NCBI GenBank assembly: GCA_040954595.2 | Contig: CM082577.2 | Coordinates: forward strand, 3,429,703-3,493,702 | DNA: 64,000 nt | Origin: Balanoglossus misakiensis | Taxonomy: Eukaryota > Animalia > Hemichordata | Reading direction: 5' to 3' | Part shown: piece by piece, positions 14,128 through 27,493 of the stretch | How the letters are laid out: each line of letters starts with the position of its first letter | Numbering within the stretch: position 1 is the first letter of the stretch | The notes under the pieces: generated by a model | What the model was told of the DNA's origin: nothing | The model's input: the letters and a program-made list of their open reading frames with translations, nothing else | Databases searched by the model: none | Position numbers and translations under genes: made by a program

Positions 14128-15699
14128 AGGGGGCTCCGATGATGTGCGCCTGAAAATCTTGAAAGTCTGCAAGGAGCTCTTGAACTTTGTGGTCGACTGT
14201 GGGTAGACAGTGTAGTGAGACTCTGAGAAAGGAATACTGGGAAGACTGGGAGCATAAATCTAAATTCAGAAATTTAGAATGGTCTGTGTTTGGTGGTACG
14301 TAATGTAGTAGGATGTGTAGTTGATGGTGTGGGGTTGAATATAGTGTGGTGGCGCTCACACACTTGTGTAAGTAACTACGAGAAACCAGTCTGAAACCTG
14401 ACTGATCATGGAAAGGAAATTTGGTTCACAAAGAAAAGACATCAGGGGAGTGATCATGGGTGCGCATTTAGCGCTTTTGGTAGAAGTATGGATATTATTT
14501 GATCAGATGGGGAGAGTTGAGAATGGTGGGATGTGAGGTATTGTATCACGCCAGAGTTGGACACAGTCACATAAAGCAAGACTTCTGAGAGAGGAGGAGA
14601 TAGACATTTTATCCAAGAGTGAGACCGCATAGCTGAGTTTGCTGTTTAACTGCCATACATATGTACTGACTTATGCTTAAAGTGCAGACTGAGGGTGTGA
14701 GATACAATGCTTTTGAAATCTGACCACTGGCCAATTGTGCTGGAATATCATCATACAGTCAATTCACTGCCAACAGTTGAAGTATTTCAGAATTGAATAT
14801 GTCTTTTGATGTTTGAAGAATATTTTAAACAATGAACATTTTGTCTTTGAACAAGTGGTTAATGTTCCAAGCCTTGTACAGGGTGTAATTTCCTGATGTA
14901 GACAAAAATATCTGCATGTTTTATTGAAAAATTTCAATTTCATGTCGAACTGAAGACTGGTTCTTCTCGTTCAAGATTTTTATTCAGTTTTATTTTTTTA
15001 CAGATTTTCTTTTACTTCCTATAAATTAAGTTTTATAATATATTTCACTTGTTGACTTGGTAAAGTTATTTGATACAAAGTAACAGTAAACTGTTGTTAA
15101 TATACTTTATTATGTGTATATAGTTGGTTGTTTCAGTGTCTCTGATAAATGCTTGATGTACTCGCAGTTATGAATTTCACTCGAGTAAATTTGTTGATGT
15201 AGTGTAGTTGTGTCCAGTTGAGTGTTTTTTCCACTACTTTCATAAGAAGGCTTTGTTTTAAAGTACATTTTTAATTTTCCCATTTGAAAGTCATTTTGTG
15301 TGTAAATAATGTTTATAATGTATTCTTTCAAGTATTATACAAGCAGAGTTATTGTTTTGATATTTTGGTTTGTAAGATTTTAGATACATTGAACTTGTAC
15401 TGTTCTGAATAGTATACTTTTGACAGATGTTTAACCCCTTGGAATGTGTAGTACATCTGTTCCATGACAAGTATTGTTAATGTGTAATTGATGTCAGTCA
15501 TTTCATGTGTTTTGGAGTAAATCTGGTATTTAGTATGCACGCCATGTAAGACCAACGCAGCAAAGATTGTATCTATAGTCCTTTGAAACTGCACACGCTT
15601 ACCAGCATGTGCACACACTATTACTTTCTTAGTCCTGAGTGTGTGCAAGATGTAAAAGGAAATCATTAAAATGCTACAAAACCATATTAACATTAAAAC

Positions 15700-15723
15700 T
15701 TTATTTGGGGGAAAATAAATAAA
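15700..15723. terminator. Back-to-back polyadenylation signals for the convergent rhomboid (+) and H2A (-) transcripts
   Basis: TTTATT at 15700-15705 (AATAAA on -) and AATAAA at 15714-15719 and 15718-15723 (+). The + strand switches from T-rich to A-rich around 15650-15700. Confidence 0.5.
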
Positions 15724-16353
15724 TACATGCATGAATGGCAATGCACAAAAATAACATTATAGGAAAAGACTCTGGGAATAACTGAAATGAAACTTCAATC
15801 AAGGACAAGCCAGGAAATAATGCAATACATGTACACAATAGTTGTGGGAAACGCGCATACAGTCCCTTTATATTCAGACAGTGGACCCAATTTGATTCTG
15901 TAATCACATGACAAAATTCCATACAGTCTCACAAAATTTCTGCAGCTTTGTATAATAAGGATGGACAGGATCAAAACATAACCCATTCTAGCAAACTTCA
16001 AATGTTTTAATGTACACGCCACAGCATAACAATATGTAAATAAGAATCTTGTAAATATTCGTAAAACGTAACCAGGCCAAATGAGAAACTGTATTGCCGA
16101 ATTTCAATCAGTCAACTAAAATTGCATGCACTCCAACATTGACCATCGTGACCGTCCTCCCAGTTCATATACGTGGCAGCTATGATATCCAAGTAGGGTT
16201 AGGAATTTCGAACAGTATGTCTTAGCATGCACTGGTTCATACATTGGCCAAAAAGAACGGGGTTTCAAAGTTGAGTAGAGTTCGTCCACAGTACTGTACA
16301 TCAATTCTTCCCTTCAAAATTGCACGTGCAGAGATATGGGTTCACAGTTCAAC

Positions 16354-16785
<432 letters not shown>

Positions 16786-16821
16786 TCAAAGACAGCCACT
16801 AGTTCTGCCTGTGCATGAAGC

Positions 16822-16909
16822 TTTATATATGAATGACCCGGATTCTGATGATTTGCAAATATAACCAATCGCAAACCGCTATTCACCGTTATGCAAATAT
16901 TATTATAAA
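16822..16909 (-). promoter_or_regulatory. H2A core promoter (TATA, CCAAT, octamer)
   Basis: TATAAA on - at 16822-16827, about 90 bp upstream of the ATG; CCAAT at 16865-16869; octamer ATGCAAAT at 16891-16898; a second, + strand TATAAA at 16904-16909. Confidence 0.65.
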
Positions 16910-17699
16910 CAGTAGAATAAAGTTGTTTTCGTTGACGTTCGTAATGCAAATCTGACTATGGAAATTTCCAAGCCACGTGAACTCTCGCAAAATGCGAGAT
17001 AGCTATTTCACTGCAAAATGAGCATTCTTTTGTATTGACTCAGTTCCAGTTCTGGTATTGACTTTCAATTTCAAATTATGTGATACTTAAAATTTGGAAA
17101 ATGAAGACAAATAATTTCCGAATTCGAAGCTCTTCAATCTGAAAATATATTTTTTTCTAATTCATAATATTCCTAAGCTTATTCATCTTTTGCTAATCTC
17201 TGTCATCAAATAAAAGTTCAACGTATTCTCTTTGTGGACCTCTGTCTTTTTTCACCCATTTCACATTTAGGCTATATGTGCAACTATCCACAAATGTTCA
17301 CGACTTTTAAAGTTTAACACAAAGTTCATAGATTCAAAGTGAGTATCATCTTCCAAACATCCAACAGATTTAAATTGAAAATTTTCCATGCATGCAAGCA
17401 TCACTTAGGCCTACATCCCCTTTATAAAATTCTATGTTTGTGCATGCTACCGATTCTTTGCTTTTCAAGGTGTGAAGTTTTCAGCAACTGGTGAGGTGGT
17501 CACGTCACAAAATGTCTCCGTTTACAAGACTGAGATTTCTCCTTTGTCATCAGCATTCATACCCTTTCTTTGCCAACATAGATGTAGATGCAAATCGAGA
17601 TCTGGTTTCGAATTCCCTATGTAACAATCCAGGTGACTTTCAAAAATAAATGTATAGTTCTACTTCTCAGGATTCATACACCTGTTGTGCTGCTGTCCG

Positions 17700-18139
17700 C
17701 CAATCAGAATCACTCTCTTTGGTGAGGGAGGGGGCTTTCAATGACGGAATGTCGTTTCCAACATCTGACAGCGTCATTGGCTTGCTGGGTGTCATCAACA
17801 CAGCGAGGTATGTGCTGAAACAGGTGGTCTCGCTTCCAAGAGTATAAATGGGAGACGGTTGACACCGCGAAGGTGCAGTTTTGAAAAATCAGCCGAGGGC
17901 GAAACAAGCTACCGCCATTCAGGTGAGTGTTGGCCATCTTTCCTATTACTCATTTTGCTTTGAGATTGTACCAATAAAAATTCCAACCAGAACTTTGTGG
18001 TCTTTTATCGTACCTACATATTTTGCAGACGTTATATTCCTACACTGCCAACGACGTTGTCTCCTTCATACGTCTTTTTAGCTTTCGAAACGCATTCAAC
18101 CGCACTGCCATTTTTTTTCTTTTCCTCCAAATTGCTCAG
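17700..18139 (+). promoter_or_regulatory. H2B promoter, non-coding first exon and 5'-UTR intron (17923..18139)
   Basis: CCAAT at 17700-17704 and TATAAA at 17843-17848. Consensus donor CAG|GTGAGT at 17922/17923. Acceptor TTTTTTTTCTTTTCCTCCAAATTGCTCAG ends at 18139, 32 nt before the Kozak-context CCACCATG at 18172. Confidence 0.65.
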
Positions 18140-18171
18140 TTCAACCGCCGCCGCAATTACCCGTAACCACC

Positions 18172-19048
18172 ATGCCGCCAAAGTCCATGCCCAGCAAGAA
18201 GGGAGAGAAGAAAGCCGGCAAGGCGAAGGCCTCCACACTCGGTCGTTTGGACAAGAAGAGAAGAAAGAAGCGAACAGAAAGCTACGGTACCTACATTTAC
18301 AAAGTACTTAAACAGGTACGCATCTTATTTTATTACCCAGTTCGACTACTAGAGAAACTCCAGCCCTGACATGCATGCTCTACATGAACATTCATCAACT
18401 CATCAATAACCCCAGGCTAATTTGCATATACTTCTTCAATCAGCTTGTTGATATTCATACATCTGTTACACGCTCGACCAATCAAAAACATGAGGCCACT
18501 ATACACTCCCATCTTTCGCTTGTGTATACGTTTTTACGACCGAAGTACATAAACTAACCACTTTTAATTTTACTAAGTCACGTCTTTTTACAAACTAGTC
18601 TTAAATTACCAGAGCACGAATTGACTGGACTTTCAGGCGTCCATAGCCCGGAGACACAGGCGTTGATCTAGAATCTAGAATACAACGCCCGGGCGTTCCT
18701 TTTCCCCTACTACTACGCCTGTGTCTCCGGGCTAAGGCGTCCAAAGCTTTCAGAAAGTTTCTAAAAGTAGTCCTAACAACCCCCCCCCCCCCTTTTTTTA
18801 ACTTGCAGGTCCATCCTGACGTCGGCATATCCAGCAAAGCCATGTCGATCATGAACAGTTTCGTCAACGACATCTTCGAAAGAATTGCCACGGAGGCCGC
18901 TCGACTGTCGCAGATCAACAAGCGTTCCACCCTCACCAGCAGAGAAATCCAGACCGCCGTCCGTCTGCTACTCCCCGGCGAGCTGGCCAAGCACGCCGTC
19001 AGTGAAGGAACGAAGGCCGTCACCAAATACACCAGCAGCAGTTCCTAA
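18172..19048 (+). CDS. H2B: Histone H2B variant with a coding intron (H2B.K/cleavage-stage-like), join(18172..18315,18809..19048), 127 aa
   Basis: Exon 1 [14 protein letters not shown]...[13 protein letters not shown] ends CAG|GTACGC. Exon 2 follows a C/T tract + TTGCAG and reads [79 protein letters not shown]. The intron is phase 0. Confidence 0.96.
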
Positions 19049-19208
19049 ATAATGTCGCTAGTCCACTTAACTAATATCGTTCCTTGCCAGTTTCCATTTA
19101 CAACATTGAATGCTGTGTATAAGCGGCTGTTTCAAATCTGTTTTTCAAAATATTTTTCTGACTATTTAAGATTAACTTTATGATTGTTATTTTGTTTCCT
19201 TGAAAAGC

Positions 19209-19214
19209 AATAAA
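19209..19214 (+). terminator. Poly(A) signal of the H2B variant
   Basis: AATAAA 160 nt after the stop, followed by GT/T-rich downstream sequence (TTGTCTTGGGTTCTTTCTTGGATGTTGT). No histone stem-loop in between. Confidence 0.7.
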
Positions 19215-21643
19215 ATTGCATTTTTAAAAGATTGTCTTGGGTTCTTTCTTGGATGTTGTCGGTCGACTCCGGCCAATTCCCACCAAGTTGTACAAATGAT
19301 AAAATTATTCACTTGGAAACTATATAGACTTGCCAAGTTGCAAGCCCTTGTGCGTCATCTTCTATCTACTGGTCATCTTTGGACTCGCCACCCAGTTTTC
19401 ATTTCTTTGGAAACACCAGCGTGAACACTGATATGATTAGATACACAATATCGATTATACAACTATAAAAAGCATTTGTGTGCAAATTTGGGAAACCATT
19501 CAAGGTAATGATGTAACAAATTTATTGTTGTAGCCTACTGGTGTACTTTTAAAGCCAAAACGATAAAGACCAAGGTTTATATAATGGTTGCAATTAATTA
19601 GAAGGCCGTCCACATGCATGTTGTCGAAAAAACACACAAGTGAAATGGTAGTTTCTTAGTGTTCTAGTATACTTGAGTAAATGGTGAAATATGTATATTT
19701 TGGGTCTTTCGGTTGATAACCAGGTCAGCCTTTCGTTGATATTTCGGCCGGCTAGGCTCAAGACTTATTGGTTCACCCTACACAGAAAACTAAAGAAATC
19801 GATTCTTGCGGCGCTCGATTTCCATATAAGGAATTGGAGCTCGAAAATGTCTGTCGGGCTATAGGCTACATACTTTTGCGTAAAATCACTGCAGATGTTT
19901 TTGGTAACAGAATGTTACAGCGCGGCGGTTTCAACAGTACGGAACGGAAGACCACAGTTGTGGAATGCTTGCGACGTTTACGGAGACTACCTGATAGGGG
20001 AATTCTAGCTATGACTGGAATGTCAGCCGATTAATGGAAACTAGAGACTCGGCTTTGTTACAGGAGTTAAATCGCATAGTGTATAGTATAGTGCAAACCG
20101 CATAAATTAAACCTTAAATACCATAGCCTGCCTAAGGGTATATTAAGCGCTTTCCTCCGCCTACATCTTTTTGTGGTTAACGCGTTGGTGTTGTTTTTTC
20201 CGTGCAGAATCCCTCAGTCTGTTCAGTGGAAGATTCTGTGTTCACTGCGCGCAAATCTCGCATAAACTCGCTTAATCGTGTTTAATTAGCGGGTATACAT
20301 AATGTATCGGCGAGATCTTATTTTCACACGCATATGCTCGCCGCTCCACACTGCGCCGTGTGTGTTCAAATATGCATGTTACGGCCACACATCACACACG
20401 TCACACACAATAATTGATTGCGGTATGTAAATAGCATCTATAAATAACGGCATATCACACGACACATAAATTGGCCAAGCTATGATCGTTGCGACGTAAG
20501 GTAAGTTTTAAACGCCTACTTTTCGAGTGCTGGAGTTTTGTAGGACAACAAAATACGTATGGGTTAACACGGCCCAAGGTATATAGCAACCTCAAAGTAA
20601 CACATTTATTTAACAGAACGGGATTTGTATTATTATTTCAATTCCCGACATGCCACGTCGAGTTGTGTGTATGACTGTCTGGCTGGGAGTCCCATGTGAC
20701 TATGATCGAATTAACCACACGCCAAGGTTGGTTAGCAGACCGTCTGACCTCTCAATCCTTCACTGACACGACATGATGACATCATCGGGCGAATAATTGC
20801 CAAAACAAACTGTGCTATCGCTGCGAGTCATCTTCTTCGAATCACGCTCCGGATCGGAGTTCACCGTACGCTGTTTCCCCCGTGTCGAGGAAATTCAATG
20901 GACACACGTCATACATGCATGGTAGTTTGATATCCAGATTGGTTCGTTCTCCCGACTCCCAGATCCAGTATACGCCAATACACATCAAAAAGGCGTACCC
21001 GCATAATCTGATGTTGTAAGCCGGTAAACGGCTAGTAGTGGTAAGTGTATATTCTACTGCAACGACGGAGTTTCTCAAATCGGGCGTGCGAGGCACATTT
21101 CCGGAGTGGCAGTGTTGTCATCGCAGAAAACGTACGCAGTGGTCGCGCCATCGTCGGCGGGGATAAGATAGTTGATAATTACTGTAAAGCATCCCTGCGC
21201 TTTGTAGGTTCAAATAGGAAACGCGCGTGAGGTAGGAATGTGCACCCACATAGGTCGATACCTGTCTCAATTACAAATAGCAAAACAAGCCGTTTTCTGA
21301 CGTGTATTATTTCCGCCATCTCGCGGAGAGATTCATAAACACCGTCCTCACGATCCCATCCGTGGGCGCTCATGCCGTGAATGGAAATGACGTGTAAAGA
21401 TTTAAGCAGCTGTGATGATGTCGATATTTTAAAAGGGGGAAATGCGCTGATTGGGTTATATTTGGAATCATGGCAGTATTCCGGGTGAAAGTTGAATTTT
21501 GACATCACAGCTACTGAGGCGGCTGTTTGGCGAATGATGTTGTTGATATTTAGTAGGTATGCGTAGACCTATAATACGTACGACCGTTTGTTGTATCTAC
21601 CGTACTACTAGGTACTCCCGCGTCATCAGCGGAGAAGATTGTG

Positions 21644-24600
21644 ATGGCGACGGCGAGTATGGACGCCGTGAGCTCGAAACCGACCTACCACCGATCTGAT
21701 TCCCTTCTGAAGACCGAGGAGGCTGCGTTGGACGTGCTGCTCGAACTGGACTCGTTCCTGGAGGCTGAAATTGCCGCCGCCAGGCAGAGCATATTGGACG
21801 GCGCGGGCGGCGAGATTTCAGAAAATGGCCGTCCGCTGGTGATAAGCAGTCGTGTGTGCGACAAATGCGGCGGTAAGGCCGCGCTGGAAAATCACGAGAA
21901 TTCTGTTAATACTGTGAATATTGTGACTGCCGTGCGGCTGGGTCACGGCGAATGCCTCGGGGACATTTTAAAATACAATTCTCTGTTGCTAAGGGAGACG
22001 CCGAGCTCCAGGCGGTCGCTCATACAGCTTGCCAGCGAGCTCGGACGCGCGAACGTTCTTGACGTTCTCATACGACACGAACTGTCGGAGTCGGGAGGCG
22101 ACACGGGTAGCTTGTTAGACACTTCAGACGGACGGGGGAGGTGCGCCCTGCACGTCGCTGCTCATGACGGAAACCTGGCTTGTCTCAGGGTGGTGTTGAA
22201 CCACACGGGTAGAGCGTGGCAGGCTGTTACGTCGAGCGACGGGAGGACGGCTCTGCACTACGCCGCCTCCGGGGGACATTTGAAATGCCTACAGGAACTT
22301 GGAAGGGATCTTGGAGCTGTGGCCAACGTGCAAGACGAAACTGGAAAAACAGCAGGTAAGGGGTTCTGTTAATGAGAAAGGTGGTAATGATATCAAAATA
22401 GGCTTGTGTTGGTTGTTGCTATAAGAATTTCGTAGCTAACCCTGATTAGCTGTAATTTTGGGGTATATTTTCAGTATTTTTGCGTTATGTAAATTTAGGC
22501 CAACTTTTATTTCGTATCCTTCGAAGCACGAAAAATACCAATAGGCCTATTCTGCTCTTTCAGCGCAGCCAATATGTGTCCAATATACTTATTTTCATAT
22601 TTTGCGGTAATAAGCAAGTGCGTATCATAAACATGAAATTGTCAGGGAGGAAAACGTATTTCTCTCGTTTAAGAAATTACATGATGGATAGAAAACATTA
22701 AACTGCATAATTCGATCAAAATTCTCCGTCGTTAACTTTTGAAATCACTAAAACACTCTCGGGACCAGGCATACGTTATATAGGCGTAAGCTTATACACG
22801 CGGTGACATCGATCTTTAAATGTCAGTTTAGGAACACTTAAGACGTTGAACGTTTTAACCCATCCACCCACCGTGGTTCGTCTACATAAATGCAACAAAT
22901 TGAGTTAACCGACAGCCCAGTCAAATTGGCCACGGCGTTTCATAAAGCAAAATGGACTCCAGAGAGTTTTGACGCCCCGGGCCAAATGTAGGTAATCTGA
23001 AGAAGTCCCTAAATCTACAGAAAGATCAATTATACCCCTGACCTTTCTTCAGCAATATAGCTTCTTTGAGACACGAGTTATCGCGTGACGAAACATTACT
23101 GTCGTTTATACGTTGTGGCGGCATGAACACAGAACGCCATAAATGTCCGCCTCGGTCTGCGTCATCGATCACATCCCGTAGTCTCTCGTGGCAGGCGAAA
23201 GCTTGTCCTCTTCGTTTTCAATAACGCGAGATTTATCTTTCTCGAATGGACACTGTACTGAAAGATAAGATGGAATAGGGTTTAACGCTTTTGCGGAGAA
23301 AAATCCTCGAGGCTACTTAAATCACGGCCGCTTATTCCTTGAAATTGAAAGGAATTCCTTTTGACTGCAAGACTTGCACATGTATCACTGTAATTTATTT
23401 GGCGTTCCGTGTTCTCTTTCAATCACGATGGTTTTTTCTCCGGCCTCATTCGTGTACGCTTAATAAGTTCCTCTCAGTAGTGCCTGATCTATTTAGGGTT
23501 CGGTCGGCCAATTTAACTTTAATTTGCGTTGGGAATAAGGACAGAAAGTCTCACATTGTGTAGTCAAAGTTGCAGTTTTGACGCCATATTGAAAATATAC
23601 CTATCCCAGCCGTAGAGAGCGTTTTGGTAAAAAATTAGGGTCGGTCGCATTTTGTCTCATTGCTTGCAACAGTAGGTCCGTCGGGACTTGGCGATACGGT
23701 GAAATCATATAATTGTAAGCGTAACCATATCCAAGACGAAGCAATGTATGTGGTAAAATAAATAGCTTAACATTTCATAATAATTGGATCATATAAACAA
23801 CTGTTAAAATGCGTGACGTTTAATATAACATACTCCCAAGAAAATGTTATCTCTATCCACGAAATGTCGCAGTAATCCATAAAGTTTCCGCAACTATTGA
23901 TTCTATGTTTTATTGGATTTTCAAATTTTACTACACGATCAAATATGTCAGTTGTGTAGGCACGCACGCACGTCGCGTGAGGTTGAGAACCAGGCCTAAA
24001 GTAGTCTGGAGTTTACTTGTCTTGCGTTTCTATTTAATCCGTTTACAGAAACATTCAATTAGTAGGGCTTTGCTGTGTCTGGCATATGACTTAATATCAC
24101 AGATACGCACGTTCGTTCGTCCTGGTTTTAGCAACAAAGGTCGATTTAAACCCAAGCAAATCGATTAGGTGGCGCGTACTTCCAATAACTCGGTCTATCT
24201 ATCAATCGTGTCTGGCTGCCTTCTCTTCCAGTATATATCTATGCGATATCAGCATTGATATCAGCATTGAGGGACATCCATTTCTTCAAATAACATATGA
24301 ATGGCGCTGAGTGAAAACATTGGCGTCCCGAGTTCTCTTTCAGTCATTCAAGCGTTAAACTTTGAACAGATTCGCGAAATTTCCTCTCACGGGCACTGCT
24401 TGAAATTTCAGATTGCACGAATTTTGCAGCTTCCCACCAAAAGTTACACCGGAAATTGTCGTCTGCCATTTTACTGAGGTAATTTCCCCCAATAATTGCT
24501 GCAGCGAGACGGGAAGGCGATCGAACTCCAATTATCTCTTGCACCACGACGTCCTCTCTGAATAATCGCTCTGAATCAAAACAGAAACGGAAATGCTCAA

Positions 24601-27416
24601 AATGAAACTTGGAGTCCTGAATTCGAAACTTGTGTTTTATGCAAAGACCTCCACTGTTATGCGTATTGCGACTCCACAGACGTTTTCTGCTTCCAATTTC
24701 CACACCACGCCGCGTAAAACCATACAAACACGCCTTCCAGATCCAGGGATCTTGATATGAGAATCCTCATGCAACCATCTCATGTCTCATGCCGAATTCA
24801 TTTTGCGCCTGTCATCCATAGCAATAGCATCCATAGAAAATTCAATGGCGAACAGAAAGCCCGCCATGCAAAGCGCCAACCAGCATGCAACTTGATTCTA
24901 AATAATGATGATTTCCATCTCACTGTCCGCGAAGAAAATAATTGCATTTTTGATCGGATTATCCGGAGTTCCCATTGCCCCCAAAACAACAACGACCCCG
25001 TAACTTTAATTTCAACGACGTGCGACCGCGTAGAGGAAAGTGCCTCGTGTCGAGAATGTCTGCAATTTCCTCTCAGAGAAGATTGAGACGCGATATTAGT
25101 GTTCGGGGGAATGAGTTTCTGACTCCAAACTGGTCACGTGGTCATGACCTGCGCAGAGAGAACCGAGATTAAAGCGGGAAGCCCCAAGCCGATACTTGAA
25201 ACTGTGACAATATTCCTGCGTTGGCGCCTTTGTGGGAAGTTGCAGAAGTAAAAGTCTGGGCCGTACTCGAATGAGAGACAAATTGAGGCATGGAAATCGC
25301 GCGAGTATACGCAAGACTAGGAAATGGTGAGAGGTACAGTGTTACGGAAAGATTGAGTAAACCCTGCTCCACAAATTGCAGTTCCTATATCCGCCCCAAA
25401 AATACGGAGACGCACATTTGTATTAGAGAATAAACCTTGTTTTATGTGAACTCAAAGTGCTCTCTATTAACTAAAGGATTTTTGGTCACATTTTAAAGAA
25501 ACAATGATTAGTAAACTACAGTCCGGAGCCATTTGGGGACCTGAATACTTTATAGATATTCGGTCATTTAATAAGGACATGCGCATTTGCGGCTTAAAAC
25601 TCGCTCAGTGTCACTGAAAAAGAATGTCTTCATCAGACAGGTGATATTCAATTCTGATCCTTAATCTATTGGGAACCATGGCCAGCAGTCAATGGCAGTG
25701 TACCCCGTAGGATAAATATCTAACGAAGCCAATATTTCAGTGATCTCCATCTCGTTGCTGCAGAGTCGTTGGCGTAGGTTCAAGTACTACTACTGAGCTG
25801 CGTGTCTCTATGGCGCAGTTCACCTGATTCTCTGTTTTAATTTGCCGCGGAGTTGTTAAGCAACATCTATTACTCAACAGGCAATCAAACTTCCGAAGTA
25901 CGCACTGTACATCCGTCAGAGGCGAGGCTGCAACATCAGTTCAGCGGCATCGGACAAGTGTTGCTGTGGGCAACCAAAGCTGTCTGCAGTGGAACTCGAC
26001 CCACATCCATTAACTCGAAGAAGCCACTTTCCGACTTTCTGCAAAATGCCTGATGTCTATATGTCACTATGCAAATAGCGAGAGAAAATGCAAGCAGGCG
26101 TCGATAGAAGCGGCGTCTAACCCTTCCTGAGCAGGATTTTAGCGAAATGTGAACCTCTATTGATAACTTTGTCTCTTGCAGACGACAATTTGTGACAAAA
26201 AAATCAGCTTTTACACAAAATCCCGCTCGGTAAAATTCTTGCAATTTGCCGCGTAACACGCCCGTGATACAAATCAAGCAAAGTCTCGCATTTCATTTCC
26301 GAATCGTATTTGTATCCTGGGGCATTGGAAACAGCTATTCTCTCAATCTAAAGCACCGTGGAACGGTAGTAAAATTGACGACATTACTTTTCCCGCCATG
26401 AAACGCAGCAGCATTGCATACTGATCGCAAAAACATACGTATACTAGTATATGTAGAGGCATACAAGTACATTTAGTGAACTACTTCTTTTCTTCAAGGT
26501 CATGCGTATGTTGCGTATGAAGGCAACATAGATTGGTGATGTAGTTTTGTACGAAGGCTTTGTCTGTTCATACTGATTACATTATCGCTTCCTTCGATAG
26601 ACGCAGGTTGATTGACAGATGTCATAGAAAAATTGACGACACACGGAATCAATTACAGAAATGTTGGCTGAGTTCCGTTATCAGGAGTCAGGGGAGAGCC
26701 TCACAGAATGTTCGCAACAAAACGACCCCTGAGATTAAAGTTCATATTTATACAACACAGCATGGATCGTGCTTGACAAGGAAGTCCGGTGCAAGATTTC
26801 ATAAGGGTATTCGGGCAAAGATCAGGCAGCTGGGCAAAATGTCAACGACAGTGTTTCGACCACCCCAGCTTACAAATTGGCGTGTATCATACAATACACA
26901 CGCCGTGCGCTTGACGCATGTAACCTTATAGATTTCGCACGGTTTGTCTGACCTGCGAAGTTTCATGTAAGCAGCGTAATAAGCAAAAATCAAAATTCAT
27001 CCCCTCCCTGAATCACAAGAACTTTGTATAGGCAATTTCCCTCGCGCGTAAATGGAATCGCTGATGAGAAAGCATATTATGGCTCCCGTCTGCATCTGAG
27101 GTCGAGCCAAGCTTACGTGAGACATATGAACAGAGAATTACTTCAATGGAGATAAATGGGACATAATTTACTTAGGATTCAAGAGGCACGGTTTCCCCGG
27201 ATACCAGCTCTAAACTACTGCTTAGCATCCCTGCTTTGAAAATACACGATAGAACACATTTGCCTGTGGGGCAAGGCTGGATTACGTAAAGGAAGATATT
27301 AGAAGTTCCCCCCACCCAGTCCGCTTTGCTGGTGCATGTATTCTCTAGAACACGAGCTCCAATTTGCGACAAAGCTGGTCCGATTGAGAGAGAGGCAGAG
27401 ATGGGGAGAGAAAGGG

Positions 27417-27493
<77 letters not shown>

